The notes beneath the pieces are model-generated. The model did no database searches. It saw only the letters and a list, made by a program, of their open reading frames with translations, and was not told the origin of the DNA. Source: Bacteroides phage PhiCrAssBcn25. From it: a stretch of 40,000 bases of DNA. This document shows positions 1 through 7,131 of the stretch, piece after piece (position 1 is the first letter of the stretch; each line of letters opens with the position of its first letter). The translations under genes and the position numbers were made by a program. The stretch is from the sequence record OQ221560.1; one strand, 5' to 3'.

Positions 1-382
1 AGAATTATCTCTTGAGCATTTCTTGTGATTTACAAGGTAGAAATGTCTGACAGCCCATAACACCCTTTATGGCTTACCTATTAGCACTCAGGTTCTTATT
101 ATTTACCCATCCTAAAGACCTTTGAGAAAGAAAGCTATGCAGTGGACTAACAAGGGATTGAACCATTGCAGTTGAATCAATTAGCTCTCCAGACACTAAA
201 GGTTTAAATTTCCCAAACCAGTAATCTATTAGTTCTGTCTATCCTTGCAAAGACTTTCAGAACCTTTTCAATTACCTACCTGTGGAGTTGTTATTCCTAA
301 GTAGCATCATCAACTGTTACAAAATGTGCACCTCTTGTATTTATTAGCCCATAATTTGTACCCCCAAGAGGGCTTGAACCTC

Positions 383-871
383 TTATACCCCTTTATAGGT
401 GGAGTTATTTAATATTTGTTGAATAGCAGACCTCGTAACATTATAAATAGAAGCTATCTTGTACTGAGACAAATGTTCTTCATTATATAATCTTCTAATC
501 TCTGCAATATCTTCATCATTAAATCTTCCATTCTTTGTTACTAATCCCTTAGATGGAATTTTAAGACCTGTATCAAAAGCATGAATAACATTTTGTGATG
601 ATGTACACCATTCTAAGTTATTAACACTATTATTAGTCTTGTCTCCATCTATATGATTTATTTGTTCTTTATTGTTTGGATTAGGTATCCAAGCTGTAGC
701 TACTAATCTGTGTACAGTAAAAGTTTTACACTTACCACCTATACTTAAATTAACCATCATGTAGCCTCTTGGACCTACTCTTTGTTGTAAGTATTTATTT
801 CTTTTATGACTATATACCCTACCATCAATGCTTACTGAATAATTATTACCTATTGATTTTAATTCTTCCAT
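383..871 (-). CDS. HNH homing endonuclease (NUMOD4 plus HNH_3-like)
   Basis: 162 aa ORF; N-terminal YSVSIDGRVYSHKRNKYLQQRVGPRGYMMVNL (NUMOD4-like) followed by VHRLVATAWIPNPNNKEQINHIDGDKTNNSVNNLEWCT (HNH core); C-terminal HTH-like region. Confidence 0.9.
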   Translation of the reverse strand: MEELKSIGNNYSVSIDGRVYSHKRNKYLQQRVGPRGYMMVNLSIGGKCKTFTVHRLVATAWIPNPNNKEQINHIDGDKTNNSVNNLEWCTSSQNVIHAFDTGLKIPSKGLVTKNGRFNDEDIAEIRRLYNEEHLSQYKIASIYNVTRSAIQQILNNSTYKGV

Positions 872-887
872 ATTATTATCTCTTTTG

Positions 888-959
888 TGTCCTCACCCAG
901 AGTCGAACTGGGGTCTATTTCTTAGGAGGAAATTGTTCTATCCACTGAACTATGAGGGC
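888..959 (-). tRNA. tRNA-Arg (anticodon CCT)
   Basis: Minus strand GCCCTCA...ATTTC CTCCTAA GAAAT...CCCAG TTCGACT CTGGG TGAGGAC A; anticodon loop CTCCTAA; one acceptor mismatch (C2-A71). Confidence 0.85.
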
Positions 960-1022
960 AGAATGTAGCCATGTTTCACAACATAGCTACTCCAATCTAA
1001 TTAACCTTATATAAACACATAC

Positions 1023-1763
1023 CTAAAACAACAAATTCAATTCATCAAACAACAGTTTGGCTGCTTCCTTGGCATCCTGTGCATTCTTGAAGTACACAAT
1101 ACCTGCATATTGTACAGTCTTGTGTTCATAGATTGCAATACCATTTGTGAGGTCAATCTGAGCAATTACTGCTGAACCACCCATAGAAGATTTGCCAATG
1201 AAATAACCAGTCTTGCCAGCTTTCATTTCCCAACTACCATTGTAGTATTTAGCAATGATAGCCATCTTATGAAGAGTATTCCACTTGTGTTCCTCTGCAT
1301 TGGGCACATTACACCAAGTACTCAACAGGCTCACTTTACTTTTCATGTAATTGTAACCAGCCAGTTCACTCTCAGAGTAAGCCTTCAATGCAATTGCTTT
1401 AAGAGCATTGTTACCACTCTTGTACCATTCCCTTGCTTCTTCAAGAGATATGGCAACATTTCTTTTCTCTTCCATGTTATTTCTTTGTTTATCAATGTCA
1501 AAATCACTTCCAGTACATTGGTTCATTACCTTTCCATTCAATAAGAAAGGTTCTATGACCTTAAGTTTGATACCATTTTGAACCTCACAAGAGTTCTTGT
1601 CCCATCCTACTACCTGCATAGCAGTAGAATATCTTTTGTCCTTAATCATATCTCCTGCTTGGATATTATCAAAAGGACACAAGAACATGTATTGTTTCAT
1701 CTTTCTTGTCTCTGAATAACCCAGTTTTTGGTCTGTATAGACCACATAAATTGTCCGTACCAT
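1023..1763 (-). CDS. hypothetical phage protein
   Basis: 246 aa ORF in the minus-strand operon. Confidence 0.8.
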   Translation of the reverse strand: MVRTIYVVYTDQKLGYSETRKMKQYMFLCPFDNIQAGDMIKDKRYSTAMQVVGWDKNSCEVQNGIKLKVIEPFLLNGKVMNQCTGSDFDIDKQRNNMEEKRNVAISLEEAREWYKSGNNALKAIALKAYSESELAGYNYMKSKVSLLSTWCNVPNAEEHKWNTLHKMAIIAKYYNGSWEMKAGKTGYFIGKSSMGGSAVIAQIDLTNGIAIYEHKTVQYAGIVYFKNAQDAKEAAKLLFDELNLLF

Positions 1764-1774
1764 TTGATTATAAT

Positions 1775-2005
1775 TTAATTGAATTTGTCATCAAGGTGAT
1801 TGAGATACCTACTTAATGTAAGTATCTCAAGCTCCTCTTTGTTAATAGTTTTATAACACACTCCAATAAGTATTAATACAAGTATAAGACCATGAAAGAA
1901 ATATCCATTGTCATAAATACTGTCAATACCCATCATATATAATAAGGTGACAAGAGTGGTTACATATAGTAACACACCTTTAATTATAAGTTTAAATGTT
2001 TTCAT
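1775..2005 (-). CDS. small membrane protein (two predicted TM segments)
   Basis: 76 aa ORF with hydrophobic stretches LLYVTTLVTLLYMMGI and FFHGLILVLILIGVCY. Confidence 0.65.
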   Translation of the reverse strand: MKTFKLIIKGVLLYVTTLVTLLYMMGIDSIYDNGYFFHGLILVLILIGVCYKTINKEELEILTLSRYLNHLDDKFN

Positions 2006-2009
2006 TGTT

Positions 2010-2384
2010 TTAGTCTTTATCTGATAATACTAATACTGGCTGATATCCTTGTTTATATAATATAGTAGGCTCATGCTCATCCATTAAAGATTCTTTATCT
2101 TCTTCTGGTGCTTTAAGTATGGTTACAAGAACAGCAAATGTATCCCAATCCATAGATATAACCTGACTATACCATTCACAGTCAGGGTCAGTATAAACCA
2201 TCCAATACACATAACCTCTGTTTGAATTAGAACCATGATATTCTATCACATTCTCAAGCTTAAGAGGTGTATATTCCCAAGTTTCATCAGGTTCAGTGTA
2301 CTTGACTATTGGTTCAAACTTCACACAACTGCAAGCTACTGTTATTAACAGTATGCTCATAATAAGTTTAATTATTGTTTTCAT
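2010..2384 (-). CDS. predicted lipoprotein
   Basis: 124 aa; signal peptide MKTIIKLIMSILLITVACSC with lipobox-like cysteine. Confidence 0.75.
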   Translation of the reverse strand: MKTIIKLIMSILLITVACSCVKFEPIVKYTEPDETWEYTPLKLENVIEYHGSNSNRGYVYWMVYTDPDCEWYSQVISMDWDTFAVLVTILKAPEEDKESLMDEHEPTILYKQGYQPVLVLSDKD

Positions 2385-2385
2385 T

Positions 2386-2607
2386 TTAAATCTCTTTTAA
2401 TAATTGAGTTAGATAATCAATTCTATCTTGTCTTGAAGGAGAATAGGAAGTATAAGAAGCATCTTGCTTTCTTTCTAAGTCCCATATTTCTTCTTGTATC
2501 CTCTTTCTTTCTTTATCTCTTGGAGAAGGACCAGTATGACTCACATAGTATGGCATTATTAAAATACCAACTACAAGTAATATAACCAACATTGCAGTTT
2601 CATTCAT
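2386..2607 (-). CDS. small N-terminally anchored membrane protein
   Basis: 73 aa ORF; TM segment AMLVILLVVGILIM followed by a charged cytoplasmic-like tail. Confidence 0.65.
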   Translation of the reverse strand: MNETAMLVILLVVGILIMPYYVSHTGPSPRDKERKRIQEEIWDLERKQDASYTSYSPSRQDRIDYLTQLLKEI

Positions 2608-2609
2608 AA

Positions 2610-2816
2610 TTATCTTTTTCTTTTATATTTATTGAACTCTTTTCTTGCAATATCACCTTTCTTGAAGGTCTGCATTGTGATGCTATTGTCTGATGCAATT
2701 ACTATTGACCATTCAAAAGCATGTGTCCCAAACAGTGAAACTGTTCTACCCAAAATATCTGTAACTGTAGCTCTCAATGTAGAGTCACAATTCTCTCTTT
2801 TAAATTTCTTAGCCAT
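2610..2816 (-). CDS. small hypothetical protein
   Basis: Start moved to MAKKFKREN; the 21 upstream residues of the tracked ORF are translated tRNA T-arm sequence (RVTGSNPVCA). Confidence 0.6.
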   Translation of the reverse strand: MAKKFKRENCDSTLRATVTDILGRTVSLFGTHAFEWSIVIASDNSITMQTFKKGDIARKEFNKYKRKR

Positions 2817-2845
2817 GTGTTTATAAGTTAATTTGTTAATAATTG

Positions 2846-2936
2846 AAGCACATACTGGATTTGAACCAGTGACCCTCACAATAACTACCTTTAATTAATC
2901 ATTAATGTGATGCTCTAACCACTGAGCTAATGTGCC
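2846..2936 (-). tRNA. aberrant tRNA-like element (possible pseudo-tRNA) with 25-nt anticodon loop
   Basis: GGCACAT TA GCTC AGTGGTTA GAGC A TCACA [TTAATGATTAATTAAAGGTAGTTAT] TGTGA GGGTC ACTGG TTCAAAT CCAGT ATGTGCT; normal acceptor, D and T arms; no canonical 7-nt anticodon loop. Confidence 0.55.
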
Positions 2937-3852
2937 TTTGATTTTGATGTTATTATATCCACCCATGTACTCTTCCTTAAATAGGCTGACTGTCTTTTTA
3001 ATTTTCCTTTACTCGGTTAATAGTTGTAAGTCCCTCAGACTTGGCTACTAAGATATACCACCTGTTGTATAGTGTGTAATAAATTACTCTTTTACTCAGT
3101 GGACTCACTATTCAGCATTGCTTTCTCTTACAATATTTCATCTTTCAGGTGGATGTTTGTTTAGTCCCCTAAGTGGTCAACACTTACAATATAATACCCA
3201 TCAAATATCTTATTAAACTTTTACTAAGTCAGATATGTCAAAGTATTCAACACTGTTCTTCATTTTTACTTTAACAGTACTATAACATATCTTTAAAACT
3301 GTCCCATATCCATAAATTAAGTGGAATACTTTATCTCCTTCTGTCATCTCTGTAAAAAGCTATGTAAATTATTATATTAGTTATTTCTTAACACATTTTA
3401 ATGGTATGTGTTCTGTCAAATGCTACTATTATTCACACTTGATTGCCTAAATTAGCCCATTGGTATGCTTACTGTGTGCTTATTATATGCCTTTTTGTGG
3501 TCCAGTTAAACTAAAAGCACTGTTTAGTCTAACAATGTAACCAGTAAATCCAGTTATTCTATTACTCCTCTTTTTCTTTTTGACATGTCTTTGAATGTGG
3601 CATAATGTGGTGAGAATATTACAGAGTAACACTCACTCTTCCACACTTTCACACTATCAACAAACATAGAAAGAAAGAGTAAAGAAAGGACATTTGAGAC
3701 ACTATTCTTTATACACTCTAACCCAAGCTCTAATGCAATAAGATTGACTCAACAAAGCATGAAACTTACTACCTTCAAACATAGAAACTCTTCCACTACT
3801 ATCTATACTCCATAAGAGAATTAGTATAATAGATGGGAGAGTATATAACTTT

Positions 3853-3958
3853 GGTTAGCATTTTACAATTCACTTCATTAAGTCCCTTCTGTATTTATCC
3901 TATTAAAATAGGTTAGCATATAACTTAATTGTGTAATTATAACTCTCTGTATTTATCC
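3853..3958. repeat. pair of 48-nt imperfect direct repeats (ggttagcat-N26-tctgtatttatcc), 58-nt period
   Basis: 3853-3900 and 3911-3958 share identical ends (9 and 13 nt) and identical length, with a diverged core. Confidence 0.75.
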
Positions 3959-3967
3959 AAAGCAAGC

Positions 3968-3999
3968 ACTATTAATGCTTAAAAGATACTATTAATGCT
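3968..3999. repeat. short direct repeat actattaatgct x2, 20-nt period
   Basis: Exact 12-mers at 3968-3979 and 3988-3999. Confidence 0.75.
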
Positions 4000-4038
4000 C
4001 AGAAGAATAGAAAGAAAGAGGGCAAATGCCCTCCTCCA

Positions 4039-4299
4039 TTAGAATGTTGCCAACACTGGTGCACCACCTGTGCCTTCTTCATGCAATAACCAGAATGAGC
4101 TACCATCAGGTGCTTCAACATTTGATACCATTGGATGTGCAGGAATACCCTTCACTGCAACTGCTCCAGTCTTTGCACCAAATGTGAAGAACAGCTTGTT
4201 GGTCTTAGGATTCTGTTTCACTTGAATCTTGTCTACATGTTGAGCTGCTTTAAACTGTTCAACTGTCAATGTCTCACGGAATTTTAACTGATTGTCCAT
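4039..4299 (-). CDS. small conserved-looking phage protein, unknown function
   Basis: 86 aa ORF MDNQLKFRETLTVEQF...; first gene of the minus-strand arm. Confidence 0.75.
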   Translation of the reverse strand: MDNQLKFRETLTVEQFKAAQHVDKIQVKQNPKTNKLFFTFGAKTGAVAVKGIPAHPMVSNVEAPDGSSFWLLHEEGTGGAPVLATF

Positions 4300-4390
4300 A
4301 ATTGTAAATGTTTAATTGTTAATGATTAAATTGTTTAACCATAGGGGGTAGGACCCCACTGGCTAAGTGATGGGGGAGGTGGGGTTGGTG

Positions 4391-4455
4391 TATATACTGC
4401 TCATGACTATAAATAAAAAAAAAATTATAGAAAGCATATATCCCTCATGACTATA
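4391..4455. repeat. ~21-nt direct repeat pair in the divergent intergenic region
   Basis: tatatactgctcatgactata (4391-4411) and catatatccctcatgactata (4435-4455). Confidence 0.65.
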
Positions 4456-4503
4456 CATCAATTTTTAAAATCAAAAAAAAAATTAAAAAAAAAAATTAAA
4501 TTA

Positions 4504-4535
4504 TTTGGATAGTATCTACTATATACTTATCTTTG
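4504..4535 (+). promoter_or_regulatory. Bacteroidetes-type promoter TTTG-N20-TATCTTTG
   Basis: TTTG 4504-4507, 20-nt spacer, TATCTTTG 4528-4535; 16 nt upstream of the ATG at 4552. Confidence 0.75.
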
Positions 4536-4551
4536 ACCAAAAATTAAAGGT

Positions 4552-4857
4552 ATGAAAGAGAAGAGTTATAATTTATTTGGGAGTACTTGGAGAATACAGT
4601 TTGTAGATGAAGTAGTTGGTGAAAATGATAGGTGGTTATTTGGAGAAACAGAGAGTCCTTCAAGGGTAATAACTATTAGCACAAAGAAGCCTGATGGTAG
4701 TAAACTTTCAAAGGATGAAATTGAACTTACTGTCCTACATGAAATAATACATTCTATATTCCAAACTGGACAATATATGAGTTGTGATAATGATGAACCA
4801 TTAGTAGAATGGACTGCAAGATGTTTAAAAGCCTTAAAAGAACAGCATATTATATAG
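4552..4857 (+). CDS. small zinc metallopeptidase-like protein (HExxH)
   Basis: 101 aa; LTVLHEIIHSIFQTGQ contains HEIIH. Confidence 0.7.
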   Translation: MKEKSYNLFGSTWRIQFVDEVVGENDRWLFGETESPSRVITISTKKPDGSKLSKDEIELTVLHEIIHSIFQTGQYMSCDNDEPLVEWTARCLKALKEQHII

Positions 4858-4892
4858 TCAATAGTTAAACTTTCATAAATAATAGTCCCAGA

Positions 4893-4924
4893 TTTGGATA
4901 TGTCATTTATTTTTTGTATGTTTG
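4893..4924 (+). promoter_or_regulatory. Bacteroidetes-type promoter TTTG-N20-TATGTTTG
   Basis: TTTG 4893-4896, exact 20-nt spacer, TATGTTTG 4917-4924, followed by CA as in other copies. Confidence 0.75.
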
Positions 4925-4929
4925 CACCA

Positions 4930-5255
4930 GAATTAGAACTATACATCTAATTTCTCCTCCAAAGAAGTCCCTTACAGAAGTTCAGGCTTTGGAGCTGACA
5001 GGGTAGTAATCCACACTTCTCCCATAAATAGGGAGCTTAATATAAAGGCTGGTATGCCTGTGGATGAGGTGAAAATCCTGCTAAGAAATGCCTTGATTAT
5101 AAGTTACAGTAGCACACCTATGTATATGAGAAAAGGTTGAGGGTAAAGTGCTCTTGGGGATTAACCGCCTGTAATGAAGTGTCATGGTAGGGGTACTGGA
5201 AACTTTACTCTGGCAGAGAACCAATCTGCTTAAGGGATTGTTATACACTTTAAAG
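4930..5255 (+). ncRNA. candidate structured ncRNA or long leader, family unknown
   Basis: No credible ORF; exact helices ctccaaag 4957-4964/ctttggag 4987-4994, atccaca 5009-5015/tgtggat 5059-5065, ctccc 5019-5023/gggag 5031-5035, gtaaagt 5143-5149/actttac 5202-5208, caatc 5222-5226/gattg 5236-5240; promoter immediately upstream. Confidence 0.5.
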
Positions 5256-5264
5256 AACAAATAT

Positions 5265-5414
5265 ATGAAAAGAATTATTGAAGAAGTTATTAAGAATGTA
5301 AACATTGTTAAGTGTGAAGGTGCTATCTGTGTATCAGTAAATAACAATGATAGGAGATACTATGCACAAGGAGTTAGTTCAAGAATGTTGGATGTAAAGA
5401 GATATAAGGTATGA
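5265..5414 (+). CDS. small hypothetical protein (49 aa)
   Basis: MKRIIEEVIKNVNIVKCEGAICVSVNNNDRRYYAQ...; start moved downstream of the structured region. Confidence 0.5.
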   Translation: MKRIIEEVIKNVNIVKCEGAICVSVNNNDRRYYAQGVSSRMLDVKRYKV

Positions 5415-5803
5415 AATGGTTAAGTAACTTCTTACTTTGGTTGTGGCAATTCCCGCAGAATTATATAGCATTCTTGGTCTATAGTTGCTTAGGATATTTG
5501 TGTTATTATGGCAAGGAATACTATGGAAGGCATGTAATTTACAGCAATTATATTGCATCAAGTTTTTCATTAGGTGATTATATCTTTGCTCTTCCTAATT
5601 CTACTGATAAGTCTTTGAAGCATGAATTAGGTCACTCATACCAGTCTCAGTTATTAGGATGGTTGTATATTCCAGTGATAGTTATCCCCTCAGTCTTACA
5701 TAATTTATATTGTGGGATTGTAAGAAAGATGGGGTATAGACCTAATTATTATAGCTTCTACACAGAGAAATGGGCAGATAAATTGGTTGAGAAAGTGGGG
5801 TAA
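5411..5803 (+). CDS. membrane-associated HExxH protein (putative metallopeptidase)
   Basis: 130 aa; hydrophobic N-terminus and a KHELGHSYQSQ motif, WADKLVEKVG near the C-terminus. Confidence 0.6.
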   Translation: MKWLSNFLLWLWQFPQNYIAFLVYSCLGYLCYYGKEYYGRHVIYSNYIASSFSLGDYIFALPNSTDKSLKHELGHSYQSQLLGWLYIPVIVIPSVLHNLYCGIVRKMGYRPNYYSFYTEKWADKLVEKVG

Positions 5804-5890
5804 TTCTTTATTGATTACCCTCTTCCACCTTATTATTCTAATTCACTTCTGGAGTATTTTCATATTATCTTGAAAATAATTAGTGAAAGA

Positions 5891-5922
5891 TTTGCATATC
5901 TCAAATATTTGACTTATCTTTG
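5891..5922 (+). promoter_or_regulatory. Bacteroidetes-type promoter TTTG-N20-TATCTTTG driving the tRNA array
   Basis: TTTG 5891-5894, N20, TATCTTTG 5915-5922; first tRNA begins at 5948. Confidence 0.8.
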
Positions 5923-5947
5923 CATCATGATTAGAAGATAAGAACAT

Positions 5948-6019
5948 TGTTCCATAGTATAATGGTTATTACACCTGATTTTGGCTCAAGTAATGTAGGT
6001 TCAATTCCTGCTGGAACAA
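5948..6019 (+). tRNA. tRNA-Gln (TTG)
   Basis: TGTTCCA/TGGAACA acceptor; anticodon loop TTTTGGC; GTAGG TTCAATT CCTGC. Confidence 0.9.
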
Positions 6020-6026
6020 CTATTAT

Positions 6027-6098
6027 GCCCTCTTAGTACAATGGATAGTACATGAGTCTTCTAAACTTAGAATGATAGTTCGATTCTATCAGGGGGTA
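6027..6098 (+). tRNA. tRNA-Arg (TCT)
   Basis: GCCCTCT/AGGGGGT; loop CTTCTAA; GATAG TTCGATT CTATC. Confidence 0.9.
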
Positions 6099-6180
6099 CT
6101 TTTGAAGGTGGATTTTTTTTTTTGTTTCATGATTTTTAAAGATTGGACTATCTGGTCTGTGAAGATAGGATAGTCAAAAT

Positions 6181-6253
6181 GGTGGGTTAGTATAGTGGTT
6201 AGTACACAAGGTTTTCAACCTTGCAGAGAGGGGTTCAAATCCCCTACCCATTA
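6181..6253 (+). tRNA. tRNA-Glu (TTC)
   Basis: CAAGG TTTTCAA CCTTG; AGGGG TTCAAAT CCCCT; GGTGGGT/ACCCATT with G-U closing pairs. Confidence 0.85.
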
Positions 6254-6258
6254 CAAAT

Positions 6259-6332
6259 AGTCTATTGGTGTAGAGGTTTAACATGCCACACTGTCAATGT
6301 GGAGATGGAGGGTTCAATTCCCTCATAGACTG
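6259..6332 (+). tRNA. tRNA-Asp (GTC)
   Basis: AGTCTAT/ATAGACT; CCACA CTGTCAA TGTGG. Confidence 0.95.
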
Positions 6333-6373
6333 CCCTGAACTAAGTCCTATCTCAAAGAGTTGAGTAGGCAAAT

Positions 6374-6458
6374 GGAGAGATAACTCAGTGGGACTGGGAA
6401 CTGTCTTGAAAACAGATTGGTCATTTATTTGGCTGGGGGTCGGGACCTCATTTCTCCG
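6374..6458 (+). tRNA. tRNA-Ser (TGA), atypical T-loop
   Basis: GGAGAGA/TTTCTCC; CTGT CTTGAAA ACAG; long variable arm; TGGGG GTCGGGA CCTCA (loop lacks the usual TTCRANN). Confidence 0.75.
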
Positions 6459-6462
6459 CATT

Positions 6463-6660
6463 ATGGTACAGATATTTAGAAAACAAGGTTGGATTCTTAA
6501 TCCTAATGATAAGATAGTGAATGCTATCTTGAAAAGATGTGAGATTAATAATGGTGAGTGTCCCTGTCATAATACAGGAGAGGATAAGAAATGTCCCTGT
6601 AGTGACTATAGGGAAAATGATAAATGCCATTGTGGTTTATATGTTAAATTGGAGGATTAA
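6463..6660 (+). CDS. ferredoxin-thioredoxin reductase catalytic-chain-like small protein
   Basis: 65 aa from internal ATG: NPNDKIVNAILKRCEINNGECPCHNTGEDKKCPCSDYRENDKCHCGLYV, i.e. CPC/CPC/CHC triad typical of FTR-beta. Confidence 0.65.
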   Translation: MVQIFRKQGWILNPNDKIVNAILKRCEINNGECPCHNTGEDKKCPCSDYRENDKCHCGLYVKLED

Positions 6661-6737
6661 CCCTAATGGTAAGGGAACTGTTTGCTAAACAGTGAGTAGT
6701 CTGAAAGGATGTATAGGTTCAAATCCTATATCCTCCG
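6651..6737 (+). tRNA. tRNA-Ser (GCT)
   Basis: GGAGGAT/ATCCTCC; ACTGT TTGCTAA ACAGT; long variable arm; 5' end overlaps the 3' end of the FTR-like ORF by 10 nt. Confidence 0.9.
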
Positions 6738-6874
6738 CATTAGTACTCAGGCTTCTTCCAGAGTATGGCTTCTCTGAGTAGAAGTAGCACACATACATTG
6801 GTAGCCCAAATGGAGTTTATAATTAATAGCTTAATACTTAAGCTCTTTTAAGTTAATGATTATAGGGAGTCATA

Positions 6875-6906
6875 GTACAGCAGGCTCTACACTAATGGTG
6901 CTGTAC
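6875..6906 (+). other. 8-bp inter-tRNA hairpin
   Basis: gtacagca 6875-6882 / tgctgtac 6899-6906, immediately upstream of tRNA-Pro. Confidence 0.5.
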
Positions 6907-6911
6907 AAAAT

Positions 6912-6984
6912 ATAGTAGTAGCCTAATGGGTGGGGCACTGCATTTGGGATGCAGAGGATGGAAGTTCGAGTCTTCTCTACTATA
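6912..6984 (+). tRNA. tRNA-Pro (TGG)
   Basis: ATAGTAG/CTACTAT; CTGCA TTTGGGA TGCAG. Confidence 0.9.
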
Positions 6985-7057
6985 CTATTAGTTTTCACAG
7001 AGAGAGCTAAGAATGGAAGTTAAGGAGTTGTAACCAAATAAAAATAAACTCCAGCAT

Positions 7058-7131
7058 GGGTCATGTAGTGTAATTGGCTAACACATCACATTTGCACTGT
7101 GAAGTTGGGGTTCAAGTCCCACATGTATCCA
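7058..7131 (+). tRNA. tRNA-Ala (TGC), imperfect acceptor/T-arm
   Basis: TCACA TTTGCAC TGTGA anticodon arm; GTTCAAGT T-loop; acceptor pairing GGGTCATG/CATGTATCC requires a bulge, so ends are approximate. Confidence 0.65.

Noticed and set aside
4925-5264. RNase P RNA, tmRNA or cobalamin riboswitch identity for the structured RNA
   Set aside because: Isolated resemblances (GAGGTGAAAATCC, GCAGAGAACC) do not line up with the full conserved regions of those families; a covariance-model search is required.
4566-5570. Minus-strand ORFs 4566..4946, 5081..5347 and 5379..5570
   Set aside because: 4566..4946 is antisense to the HExxH gene. 5081..5347 spans the structured region and has no protein-like motif. 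5379..5570 is antisense to the HELGH gene.
6388-6462. N-terminal extension of the tracked ORF 6388..6660
   Set aside because: This part is tRNA-Ser(TGA) sequence; the real start is most likely ATG 6463.
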